Shown: positions 51,761 to 64,000 of the stretch, one piece after another
Numbering within the stretch: position 1 is the first letter of the stretch
Layout of the letters: each line of letters begins with the position of its first letter
From: Octopus bimaculoides
Taxonomy: Eukaryota
DNA: 64,000 nt
Assembly (NCBI RefSeq): GCF_001194135.2
Contig: NC_069003.1
Location: 12,459,470 to 12,523,469 of the forward strand
Reading direction: 5' to 3'
Notes under the pieces: generated by a model
Told to the model about the DNA's origin: nothing
Seen by the model: only the letters and a program-made list of their open reading frames with translations
Database searches by the model: none
Made by a program: the position numbers and the translations under genes

Positions 51761-53022
51761 AAGAACATACATACAATCATACATACATACATATATATAT
51801 ATACCACATTCTCTCTCACTTCTGTCATTCCCATTCTCCGTCACATCTTTGCCAGTCTCTCCACAAACGCAATCACATCTCTCTCCCTCTCTCTCTTTCT
51901 CGTTCTCTCTCTTCCTCTCCCTGTTGATGTTACCTGACCAGTAACATCAGCAACAATATTACTGCCTTAAATAATAGCAACAAGAATATAAAAAAATATG
52001 TCACATTTACATTACGTAGTCAGGTTTAAATTACTGCGCTCACGAAAGTAAAATAAATAGGTAGATGAATAAATAAATAAATAAATAAATAAAGCTGTGC
52101 TCGTCAAGGCCGAAATAGCTTAAAATCATAAAACCTCTGCCCGAGAGATATGCTCGGTCAGGGCCTGACTCAGGGTTAAACAATAACAATATGTGTGTGC
52201 GTATATATATATATATATACCAGCTCCATCAGGGCTGACTTGAGACCTAAACAATACCGACAACCTCCACCCCTACCACCACCACCACCACCACCACCAC
52301 CACCACCACCACCACCAATAAGTAGTAGCACGATCACCGGCATCAGCATCACCATCGCCATCACTTCCATCGCTATGACTCATCTCTTATTATGCTGAGG
52401 TGAGGTGAGTCAGTGTGATAATGACTGATATCGATCTGCTCAAGCGGCAAATCCGATTGGCTGAAAGGGCAGGCTCTTTGTCGACGTCATCAACCTCCCC
52501 CTCCCGCATATTCAATAGCAGCAGCAGCCGACTTACATTACCTCCGTTATCTTTGACACCGTATATATATATATATATATATATAAATATATATATAAAA
52601 CGACTGTTATTAGTGTAACTCACTCTCCCTTTACTGTTAAATATCAAGCAACAGGCGTCCCTGGATTTTTCTCTTACATTCTCCCCCGCCATTATTACAG
52701 GCATCCTTAACACAATTACTCCCCCACTCTATTTATATTAGTCGCGTCAATTATATCCTGTTTGGTATCCTTTTCTATCTGCTTCCTTTCGTATCCTGTC
52801 TGTTCTCGCCCTTTTCACACTATCGTCCTGCTTACAGCGTTCATCTGTGATATATATATTAGGTGTGGTTGTGTGGTTAGAAGTTTGCTTCCCAACTACA
52901 TGGTTCTGGGTTCAGTCTCACTGTCTGGCACTTTGGGCAAATGTCTTCTGCTAGAGCTACGGGTCGACCAAAGCCTTGCGAGTTGATTTGTTAGACGGAA
53001 ATTGAAAGAAGCATGTCGGGTG

Positions 53023-53055
<33 letters not shown>

Positions 53056-53361
53056 TTATGTTTGACCCCCACCACACCGCTTGATAAACGGTGTTGGTGT
53101 GTTTACTTCCCCGTTGTTACATGAAGGTCAAGTGACTACATAAAAGCTCCCGCACTGGTTCATGAGATCCCTATTTTTCAATGCGGTCCCTCAGCATGGA
53201 TGTAGTATTTTATATATACATAGTCACAATGAAGATATTTAGACCTCTTATAGGGGTATTTTTATCCGAGATACACTGGTTTAATATACTGTATTTTGAA
53301 GAGATATTTCTTCAATGAATATATTATTTATATAAAATGTCATAAAATATCAAATATTATT

Positions 53362-53550
53362 ATTAAGCTTGAAAACAGAGAGATCTAATGGATATAAATT
53401 AACTTATTAATTACTTAAGATATTCACCTACAATTGTTTCATCTCACAAACAAAATTAATGTTTGTGAGATGAAACAATTGTAGGTGAATATGTTAAATA
53501 ATTAATAAATTAATTTGTATCCATTAGATTTCTCTGTTTTCAAACTTAAT
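53362..53550. repeat. Long inverted repeat: 88-bp arms, 7-nt loop
   Basis: 53365-53452 is the reverse complement of 53460-53547 with 6 mismatches; the inner 33 bp are perfect. Confidence 0.92.
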
Positions 53551-53905
53551 TACACACATGTATATATGCATGCACATACATATGCAGACACACGTACATA
53601 CATGCACACAAATATTTATGTGGATGTAAATGTGTTTGTGTGTATATATACATACAATAGAGTCGCATAGTTTAAAGCAAGCAATATAGGGATATATAAT
53701 GATGATAAATTTTTTCTCCGTTAGGTGGCCAATGGAATAAAATATATTGATGATTAAATTTTATTTCTGTTCATTTGATCATATCTCACTCAAACTGTAC
53801 ATGAATACAAATAATAATAATAATAAATCCATTCTTTTAAATAATGTGGGTTTAAACACGTAAACTTCTGTTAACACAATCACCAGACAATAATATAATG
53901 TAGAA

Positions 53906-54120
53906 AAGGCGGTGAGCTGGCAGAAACGTTAGCACGCCGGGCGAAATGCTTAGCAGTATTTCGCCCGTCGCTACGCTCTGAGTTCAAATTCCGCCGAGGT
54001 TGACTTTGCCTTTCATTCTTTTGAGGTCGATAAATTAAGTATCATTTGCGTACTGGGGTCGATCTATTCGACTGGCCCCCTCCCCCAAAATTTCGGGCCT
54101 TGTGCCTAGAGTATAAAAGA
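53906..54120 (+). mobile_element. Young full-length second-family SINE (Deu/Nin-like domain)
   Basis: Head ggcggtgagctggcagaa, B-box gagttcaaattcc, central gttgactttgcctttcattc..ggtcgataaattaagta, CpGs retained. Fragments at ~13060-13150 and ~30185-30260. Confidence 0.8.
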
Positions 54121-55254
54121 ATAATATAATGTAAACAAAAAGAGGTCAGTTAATTTAAGAAGTATAAAAAAAGAGAGATAGAATTTTAATCTTAATATTT
54201 AAAACTATTATCTAATAAGACTAGCTATTGATAAGTATTCGATAATATATCAGCTTAAAATCTAAAGTGATTAATCAATGAAAAAGTCAATCGTCTAAAT
54301 ATATGAGCTGAAATAGACTGTTCAATTCCTAGCTACTGAGATTGGAATATCATAGTTACACATTGTGGACATTTTTCAATGAAACTGCTGGCTTATTTTG
54401 ACCATTTTCGATCAAAGCAACTGCGAAAAACTATTGAGTGTATGATCCGAAACATTCATCATTTATCGATAAAAAGAAAATGGCTACCGCCGACATTTTG
54501 AATGAACTTCGACAGAAATATCATATGTAGATTGGTGTGTAGGTCAACAATGCCTTTCATAATCGATAATATTGACATAATCGATAATATTGACTAATAC
54601 CCTCTGTCCTTAAGATTGCTGGGTTTGTGCCTAAATCAGAAACGAATACAATCAAACATTTACGAAAAGGGTACTGGCGTGTGAGACATATGTGTTAACC
54701 CGTTTGCCTGTCCTGTGTATCACATTTGATACAATGGAAATATGTCCTTGCATCATATATAATGCACATTCCCAGCTGTTTTTATATTCCTAATGCGGGC
54801 ATATCGGTTTTTTAGAGAAACGTATGTTTTGTTTAATCCCTATGTCTATCCAAAGCATTTTCATAAGTTTGGCCTACACATCCATACTTGCTTTTAGACT
54901 TTTAGTAAACCCTTGTCTCATACGCTCTGAGTAATATAAAACTTTCCTTTCATAAGTCCCAAGTTACTCTGATGTATTATCGCCCCTGTACATGCAGGTA
55001 TATGTACCTTGTATACATACATATATTCACACACACACGTACATACATACGCGCATACACACACACACATATACATATACACGCACATATGCATGGATGC
55101 ACACGCACATGAATATAATTAGATGGTTGTGAAATTCGAGTATGAGTATGAGTGAGGGGTTAGATAGGGATTAGAAGTTAAAATATTGATTTATAAGGTC
55201 ATAGGGATTACCTAAGGGGTATTGTGGAAATGTACTGCATGGTCATTTTGGCAT

Positions 55255-55512
55255 TTGTGTGAAAGAAGCGGTGATTACATGTGTTTAGTGCCTCATTATG
55301 TTTATTTAGCAGAGCTGGAGAGTGATGCTTTAATATGTGAAGTGCCTCCTTCAAGCAAGGTTTGCAGGTTGAGCGTTGACCTCGGTAGGGAGACCCTGGG
55401 TCCAGTATTGACCATGATAGAGTATAGGATATATATTTATTTTTGAGATGATCTATGTGGTTGGCGAGTGTTGTAGATTTACTATGTTTATCGTATCTAA
55501 AAGGGTGATGCA
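55255..55512 (-). mobile_element. Penelope-like element fragment (C-terminal part of GIY-YIG endonuclease)
   Basis: STTLANHIDHLKNKYISYTLSWSILD..PY..CKPCLKEALHIL..LLNKHNEALNTCNH fits the recalled PLE pattern TxLSxHIWxLK..W.I..CxLCLxE..LLNKRxE...CRH. Confidence 0.75.
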
Positions 55513-56349
55513 CATACAATAGCAAACGCACGCACACACACGTACACAGCAACGCACATATACACAACATACACATACACACAAGCACACACGCACGCAC
55601 AAAAACATACACATACACACACGCGCACATACAAAATACACATACACACGTACACGTACCCAACACCTACAACCCCACACAAACACACACACATACTCAA
55701 AAACCGCCTGCTGACCTTCCACTTAACATTGTCCATAAGCACCCACTAACTATTCCTGCTACTAATTCCTTCCACTACGTCACACACACACACACAAACA
55801 CACATACACACTAACAGATAAACCACCANNNNNNNNNNNNNNNNNNNNNNNNNNNNNNNNNNNNNNNNNNNNNNNNNNNNNNNNNNNNNNNNNNNNNNNN
55901 NNNNNNNNNNNNNNNNNNNNNNNNNNNNNNNNNNNNNNNNNNNNNNNNNNNNNNNNNNNNNNNNNNNNNNNNNNNNNNNNNNNNNNNNNNNNNNNNNNNN
56001 NNNNNNNNNNNNNNNNNNNNNNNNNNNNNNNNNNNNNNNNNNNNNNNNNNNNNNNNNNNNNNNNNNNNNNNNNNNNNNNNNNNNNNNNNNNNNNNNNNNN
56101 NNNNNNNNNNNNNNNNNNNNNNNNNNNNNNNNNNNNNNNNNNNNNNNNNNNNNNNNNNNNNNNNNNNNNNNNNNNNNNNNNNNNNNNNNNNNNNNNNNNN
56201 NNNNNNNNNNNNNNNNNNNNNNNNNNNNNNNNNNNNNNNNNNNNNNNNNNNNNNNNNNNNNNNNNNNNNNNNNNNNNNNNNNNNNNNNNNNNNNNNNNNN
56301 NNNNNNNNNNNNNNNNNNNNNNNNNNNNNNNNNNNNNNNNNNNNNNNNA

Positions 56350-56600
56350 AAGCATATTACTCTACCGCCGGTATTCGAGTACTATTTTTCCCCACCTTGT
56401 TTCACATTTATGTGTTTACTCCGGTACATATATATATATATATATATATATATTCTCCTTGTCTCCGTATTCTTTCTGTTGAAGAGCGTAGCTCGAAACG
56501 TTAAAGACTTTCCGTATTCCCGAGCGTCATACTAATACATCCTTTTGTTGTTTACACCACCTGTCCTCGTCTGTTGTTGTTTTTTCGTACATTCTCCCAT
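56350..56600 (+). mobile_element. Probable Penelope-type pseudo-LTR / non-autonomous repeat carrying a hammerhead-like motif
   Basis: Contains tctttCTGTTGAagagcgtagctcGAAAcgttaaaga, flanked by (TA)n. Element identity is inferred. Confidence 0.5.
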
Positions 56601-56750
56601 ATATATATATATATATATATATTATGTATACAGTCATATATAAAAACATATATATGCACGTGTATAAGTATGTATATGTATACGTACATATACAAATATA
56701 CAGAGAGAGGAAGAGACAGATACCCAGTTAGGTAGATATGGATAGATGAG

Positions 56751-56796
<46 letters not shown>

Positions 56797-57339
56797 TGTG
56801 TATGTGTGTGTGTATGTGTGTGCGTGCGTGTGTGTGAGAGAGAGACAGAGAGAGGGGAAGATAAGGAGAGAGAGAGGGGGAGAGACGGGGAAGGGCAAAG
56901 GAAGACACACTCATACACAACGCACAAAACACACAAGAGGGGGGCGGCAGTCCTTGAGCGAGAATTGACATAATAAGTCTCGCGTATCATTTAACCCCCC
57001 ACCACCTCCACCTCCACCTCCATCGCCACCGCCACTGCCACTCATGGGTAATGTTTACACACTTTCGCTAAGTGACACTTGAAGTCTCCTCAAGACTAAA
57101 ATACATAAAACTACACCGAAACAAGTATAATCACAAAAGGAAGTGGTAGGTTTAATAGACGTTGAGTTTGGGGTATTAAAATCTTAGCCGTTGCTAGCTA
57201 TGGCCTCGAAGCATATGTTTTTATAGTTCGTCTCTCCTTTTAAAAGGGGGGAGATGAGAAAATAAACGAAGTTTGTTAACCAAATGCTTCTGTCTTATTT
57301 TACAAACCACCTGAAAATCTAGACTTTCCTTTTATTTCT

Positions 57340-57682
57340 TATCCTTTACTTGTATCAGTCATTAGACTGCGGCCATGCTGGGGCGCAACTTGAAGAATTT
57401 TTAATCGATTGAATCGATCCCGGTACTTAATTTCTTAAAGCCTGGTACTTATTCTATCAGTCTCTTTTGCTGTGTCGCTAGGTTACGAGAACGTATACAC
57501 ACCAACCCCGGTTCTCAAGCGGTGGTGAGGGACAAACACGCATGCGACGGGCTTCTTTCAGTTTTCGTCTACCAAATACATTAGCTAGGCTTTGATTGGC
57601 CCAAAATACCACGCAGTGGGTGTGAACCTAGGACCCATGTGATTAGGAAGCAAACTTTTTACCACACAGCCACACCTGTGCC
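57340..57682 (-). mobile_element. CORE-type SINE copy
   Basis: Family motifs in reverse complement. Confidence 0.8.
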
Positions 57683-59119
57683 TGTATCGGTCTATGTTTT
57701 AAAAAAATTCATTTCAGAATACAAACATACATTACCATTCATACATTTGTAGGATCTTGCAGGCATGAAGTGGATTCGATCCACCATAGCCAAATTTAAA
57801 TTAACACTGCAACAGAACTTTTCCCACGGTGGAACAATGGTTTTTCTCTGACAGCAGTTTTACATATGCCAGATGCCTTTAGCTAGGCTGAAATAATGTC
57901 TTCACCACTTGACCCTTTCTAACCTCTTCTACTCCACCAAAAGCTAGAATAGAGATAACAAGACCACCAACTAAATCTATTGTTCTCAATGATACGTCTA
58001 TCCTTCTGGATTGTTATAAAAGCATAAACCTCAAGCAAAAGTGAGTTCAGTCATTTTGGGGACGACTCAACCAGTTAGTCACTTCGGTGACAACTCGGTG
58101 AGAACGAAGTCTGGCTCATCAGTTAGAACCTTGGTCAGAGGGAGAAATGAAGTTTACTGTCGGCAACTGTGAGACAACGTCCTACAACCCTACAACTCTC
58201 ACTAGCTCTAATTCTGTTCTCTTACAACATTCTATCTCTCTCTGTAATTACTACTAAACAATGAAGAGAACACAAACACAAACTTTACTTCGCATGCTTT
58301 TGGACCTGCCCGTCGAGGTAAGGTATTGTATCGTAACGGTAAATAAATATTTCCTTAAAACTTCATGCATTGTTCATATTTCACATCCTACAACATGCCG
58401 TTATAACAACACATTTTTATCCTTACAACTGTTGACTCCGACATTTCATATTATTGTGTACCTAATCAACCTTACCCGTTACAATTATTAACTACACTAA
58501 CTAAAAACTTTATCGTTACAAGTGGTGAACCCGAACAAGAGAATTGCAGCTTTTCCAAGAACCAACCGTTACACATCTGACCGAATAGATCACTTTCTAA
58601 ACTCGATAAGTCTATGCAAACGTTCCAAGAGTTCAAGAGGTTTCTGTGCGTGAATTTGTTTTGAGTGGATAAAATGTTGCACGACCTTGAACCACGTTTC
58701 AGCGCAATCAGTCATAAAACCAGTGGCACAACAGAAGCTGAGACGACAAAAAAATCAACAACTGCAGTTAAGGCTTTTGTTGTACGAGTTTGCCTTCTCT
58801 TCGCCTAGAAGGAAGCTCTAACGAAAACCAAGGGTATCACCCGGAGTGGTAGCACATGTCAGTATCCCAGCTATAATGTGTGTGTGTGTCTTCTGTTTTT
58901 GATCATTTAAATTCTTCCTTTGAAGGAATTGGTTTCTAACAAAGATGCAAAGCTCCATCTTTGGAATGAAGATAATGAAAACAATGTCACGTTTTAAACC
59001 TGACAGAAGTCTTGCATGGTTTCACTGTTCCACTTACAGATTGTATTTGTAATGTGCGAATTAGCTGGTTGATTTCTTTTTCTGAAAATCCAAGCTTATC
59101 CAGCCTGACAGTTAGGCAG

Positions 59120-60130
59120 TTAATGTATGTATGTATGTATGTATGTATGTATGTATGTATGTTTTCTCATATGTATTCTTTTATGTATGTTTTATGTATT
59201 CTTATGCATATAGATGTATTTGTAAACATGCTCATATATTTAAATCATAAATATATCATATTTAAATGATGAACTTCTGGAAAGTTTTACAGATTTTTAC
59301 AGTTCCAGTGATGGATTGGATCTATAGTCTTCGAATTAGCTTTCTCCTTTCTGGTTTTGAGAAGCCTAATTTCTCAAGATTGGTATTTAGACAGTGTGTT
59401 ACATATCCCAAGGCCCCAATAATTACAGGTATAAACCTGAACTTGTAATCTGGATAGAGTAACTGCAGATTTCTCAATAATTCAGTATAAGTGTTCTCTT
59501 TTTCACTGATCTTCAGCTTTATGTTAAATTCCGCTGGGCCGCTAATATCCACATCTGTGCACAGTTTCTCTTCTCTATCCCAAATCATTATATCAGGTCT
59601 GTTGTGCTTACATTTTATTGAGGTCTTCACTGGGACATTCCACCAGTATTCCTTTTCATTATGAGTGGCTATGGCTTCTACCATATTGTAGGTTCTTATT
59701 TCTTTGTCCTTGGAATTATCCTTCCGACGGATTTCATTATAGTGTCCTAGCTACAACATCATGTCTCATCGATAGATAATACCGTGATGACATTTTCAGA
59801 CAACTGCTTATGATGTGGGTGATACCTTCAGTGTGAACGCCACAAAGTCTGCATCGGTTGTCACATTTTACTGCTTTTCATGCATCAGGTACTTGGTTGA
59901 CATTTCCTGTTCCTGGATTGCAAATGCATACCCTTCAAAGTGGGAGGTAGTAATCCGGCTATTGGTCCATGATAAACTGCTTTGATGATCCACGTTATTA
60001 TCATCACGGAGCTTTCTATTAATATATCCATGTATAGTCTTCTGCTCATATAGGCTCATCCTTTCATCTGATGATACGTTGCAGTAGAGTCGTGCAACTT
60101 TGGACATGTATTCTAGGTTATCAGAAAAAG
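59120..60130 (-). mobile_element. 3' part of a second RLE-type (R4-like) LINE with an (ACAT)n tail
   Basis: EGYAFAIQEQE, CRLCGVHTEGITHIISSC (CCHC), WWNVPVKTSIKCKHNRPDIMIWD (RLE), FIPVIIGALG. The ORF ends at ~59263, followed by a short 3' UTR and a microsatellite tail. Confidence 0.85.
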
Positions 60131-60233
60131 AGTGTTGCTCTGAGAGGAGAATATGTTGAATAAAATCATAATTAACAGATCTTCCAGTATTTTCTTTTAC
60201 CCAAGGCCAGAAACTTTTCAGTACTTCATCGTA
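60130..60233 (-). mobile_element. Half copy of the mariner-type MITE at the LINE 5' truncation point
   Basis: Reverse complement tacgatgaagtactgaaaagtttctgg..gattttattcaacatatt matches 48631-48720. Confidence 0.75.
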
Positions 60234-60559
60234 CATACTAGCGATGTAAAAGTCCTGCACAGTTAATGAGCTGTAGAGACATAACAGACGGGAAGAGGTG
60301 GCGTTGTTCCTGTGGATTCACTAGGACTATATGAGCTTTTTTCTTTTTTGAGAAGAACCATTTGTCTCTATCCATCATAATTCAAATAACGCACGTGTAA
60401 GTAAGAGACTATCAGCAGAACAAAATGACTTTTGAGTGACAAATAAAATGCCGCAGTTGATTGGTGTAGTTTCCTAAGAGATGTCCGTGAGCAGTACTTG
60501 GAAGCACATCAGCAGCAACTCAATGGGTTGGATGATGCGGTATGTCGGATTACTATGGA

Positions 60560-61420
60560 AATACTACGGTTAATCAAACATTTTACGCCTCTTGTTTCCG
60601 TAATTTATAAAAACAAAAGCAGAGATTGAACATTTACATCATTTCTCAACATAGTCTCTTTGCTTTTCAATGCACTTCTTCCAGCAATCCACAAACTTGA
60701 TTATTACATCGGAAATGAAGGTTTTCGGTTGGTTGCGCAGTCATTTATGCACTGCTTCCTGCGCCTTTTCATCTGTAGCAAACGACAATCTCGTAAGGAC
60801 AATTGATCTGTCCAAAGAGGTGACAGTCGGAATGGGCGAGATTTGGACTATATGCAGGGTGTTCCAGTAACTCAAAACCCAAATTTTTCAATGGTTTCAA
60901 TGGTGTGGGCGATCGTATGTGGGCATTCCTTGTCATGTAACAATCTCACACATGCATTACCGAAGCGAAGCTAGTCGTGGAAGATTTCGATGGTGGAACC
61001 ATGACTAATTTGCAGAGAACGTACCACCCGATCGATGGTCACTTGTCGGTCCACCAGAACCATCTCTTGAGCTTTTGAATTGGTGGGTGTCCTGCTCTCT
61101 CTTGGTACTTCACGCTTTTCTAACCATTCTTAAACTTCTCGATCCACTCATACACACTTCTATGCAGTAGAGCGCTCTTCTTGTATTGTACTGAAAGCCT
61201 GAGGTGAATTTCAGTCCCTGACAAACTTTCAGACCAGAGAAATCGGATCACTGATCTCTGTTCTTCCAGCAAAGTGGCCATGTTTACTCTTCGTAGATGA
61301 ATCGAAATATTGGCATCGGAAATAACACTGGGGAAAGTAGAATGAAGGGCACTGGGTATTGAAGTAGTGGAAACGGGTACAGGAAAATACTGCTTGTTTG
61401 AGCGAATCACTTTGACCCAT
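60560..61420 (-). pseudogene. Internally deleted, decayed mariner transposase
   Basis: N-terminal HTH EEQRSVIRFLWSE..EIHLRL..VYEWIEKFKNG (61290-61120). C-terminus AVHK*LRNQPKTFISDVIIKFVDCWKKCIEKQRDYVEK (~60780-60640). Catalytic core not seen; stops and frameshifts present. Confidence 0.85.
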
Positions 61421-61963
61421 TACAAGACATTGGATATAAGCAGGAACACGTTTGATATCCGATGGGTGGGTTTATATGTGGCGTCACTTCTGGCTTATTT
61501 AACATTTTTTTCAATATATTTTACTTTCACTTTTTTATGACAATAAACGGTATGTTACCTCCACCAACCCACACACATGCGTATAGACAAACACATATGC
61601 AGGGAGAGAAAGAGAGAGAGACAGAGAGAAACATCGTCGAAATCGAAAGATTCAAATATCTATCTATCTACCTATCTATCTATTTATCTATCTATCTAAA
61701 CATACACATACATACATATATACTCACACACATATAAGTGTGCGTGCGTGTATGTGCGCGCGCGCGTATGAATATATATATATATANNNNNNNNNNNNNN
61801 NNNNNNNNNNNNNNNNNNNNNNNNNNNNNNNNNNNNNNNNNNNNNNNNNNNNNNNNTTACACACCAACAAGTGTTTCATTACTTTTATACCTTATCAAAA
61901 AATTGAGATAGTGAAATACTTGAAAATTCGTTGAGTATTTACCTTCTTAAATAGATAAACACA

Positions 61964-62015
<52 letters not shown>

Positions 62016-62709
62016 TATAATGTGTGTGTGTGTGCATGTATGTATGAATGTATGTATGTCTTGGCTACAAAAGCTGAGTGATTGAAGGGGTTTAGCTGCA
62101 TAGATTAATAGCTTACTAGGTAAACAGAGTTTCATGGAGATAAAAGATTTATATTTATTCTGAAATACTAAATAAATAAATAAAGGAAAACAGAAACCCT
62201 AGAGTAAGTTTTCATGTTGTTCTAAAGTGATGGTGGTATGATGGATTCAAGAAGGGAACGTCTACTTATTTTTAGAATGTCATTATTGGGTAGGTGCGAG
62301 AAGTGCCAGATTTGGTCAGTTTGAACACAAAGCATGTAGAATATTTTGGCCAGATATGGCCACTTTAAATGCTAAAGGTTTAAAGCCATAAAGCCATTTT
62401 GCTTGTCCCTGAATTCCAGGATTAAAACTGACATTCTGAAATTCAGAGTATTTTATATAATAAATAAAGGTTTATGGTTTTCCTACTTTATTTTCTTATA
62501 AATAATGAGTGGGTACTTAACCATACTCTAATCCTCCAACTGTTTGAAGATCAGAATCTTATTAAAGGGGAGAAAAGGATGTACATTGAACACAAGGAAT
62601 AATGAGGTTATAAAAGTTATCCATGCAAGAACCTCTACCTCTGATACTTATAAGTTGATAGTTATTCTGGTTTTGAGCTTAAGCAATTATGATAAAGCTT
62701 ACACATGCA

Positions 62710-62900
62710 CAAAAACACATTAACTATAGGTATGACTGTTTGGTAAGACACCTGCGTCCAAACCACATGGTCCAGGTTCAGTCCCACTGCATGACATCTT
62801 AGGCAAATGTCTTCCACTATAACCTCAGACCAACCAAAGCCTTGTGAGTAGATTTGGTAGACGGAAACTGAAAGAAACCCATCATATATGNNNNNNNNNN

Positions 62901-62954
<54 letters not shown>

Positions 62955-63243
62955 GCACATATATTTATCTATATACACATATATCTATCTATCTAAAGAT
63001 ACATACACACACACATATATATGTATGTATGTATATATCTGTGTGTGTGTCCTTGTATTTGTGTTTGTGTTTATACCCCACCACCGCTTGACACCTGGTG
63101 CTGGTTTGTTTACGTGCCCGTAAGCTAGCGGTTCGACACAAGAGATCAATAGAATAAGTACCAGGCTTGAAAAAAAAATAGTACCGGGGTCGATTCATTG
63201 CACTAAAAAGTTCTTTAAGGCGGTGCCCCACCATGGCTGCAAT
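62710..63243 (+). mobile_element. CORE-type SINE copy with an expanded internal (TA)/(CA) tract
   Basis: Head and core at 62710-62885, tail at 63040-63243. Confidence 0.8.
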
Positions 63244-64000
63244 ATACTCTATGCCGACTTTGTTTCTTCATAACTTTCAGAAAAATAAATATTATCTTTA
63301 AAGAAATTTTCTTCGAATACCTTTCAGATGGTGTAGATAACGATTATATAGGAATTAAACTTGCGAAAAAAATACAAAAAATAAAAATAAATAAGATATG
63401 CATTATATATATACTCAAATATACTTAATTATACTCAAATACCTAAAATTTCAAGGAGTTCCTGCCTTAAAAACAGGAACTAAACCACAGTTATTTTGTG
63501 TTCTTTGCTACATTGGTTTCTATTAACCCATTTATTCTATCAGAAGAATTTTTATTCATTAAGATAGCAGAAATACACNNNNNNNNNNNNNNNNNNNNNN
63601 NNNNNNNNNNNNNNNNNNNNNNNNNNNNNNNNNNNNNNNNNNNNNNNNNNNNNNNNNNNNNNNNNNNNNNNNNNNNNNNNNNNNNNNNNNNNNNNNNNNN
63701 NNNNNNNNNNNNNNNNNTATATATATATATATATATATATTCATTCAAAATTTCAACTTTCATTTTGTAGATTTATATCTATATAGTAATTCCAATATAG
63801 TCGTAGCTTACACTTTTTGAAAGATATTTGTAGAAAATTTCATTAAAAAATACCCATTTATCTTCAAGTTACGGGAAAACAAAGTCAGTGGGGCGGGGCA
63901 CACTTGTGTAGGTATGCCATTATATCTATATATAAAATTCTGACAGAAGACAACGTGACGAAACGGATATAATCCAGGTAAACAAAACGAGGAACTTTCT

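Noticed and set aside
63925-64000. TCTATATATAAAA possible Helitron 5' end, or a hammerhead-like cagaaga..gaaac string
   Set aside because: Truncated by the window edge, stems do not pair, and no 3' CTRR/hairpin can be checked.

Overview
AT-rich, microsatellite- and SINE-dense animal genomic DNA with several N gaps. The repeat families point to an Octopus-like coleoid cephalopod (inference). One protein-coding gene is supported: a + strand stathmin gene of about 27 kb. It has a putative CCAAT/CRE promoter and non-coding first exon (~14.2-14.35 kb), a start-codon exon ending at 21723, and coding exons at 29358-29518, 33563-33754, 35167-35307, 38347-38499 and 39273-39359, giving 247 aa. The protein has four tubulin-binding repeats rather than the two of vertebrate stathmin. 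The two extra repeats come from symmetric phase-0 exons, one followed by a dense UCAU (Nova-type) cluster. A frame-preserving 105-nt candidate cassette exon (24466-24570) would add a two-Cys amphipathic N-terminus. The flanks (1-10 kb, 42-64 kb) are saturated with tRNA-derived SINEs, R4/Dong-like LINE fragments (including a head-to-tail nest in (AAT)n tails), mariner/hAT/piggyBac-type MITEs, a Penelope-like fragment with a nearby minimal hammerhead-like motif, and an 88-bp-arm palindrome. All calls are from manual reading; no searches were run.
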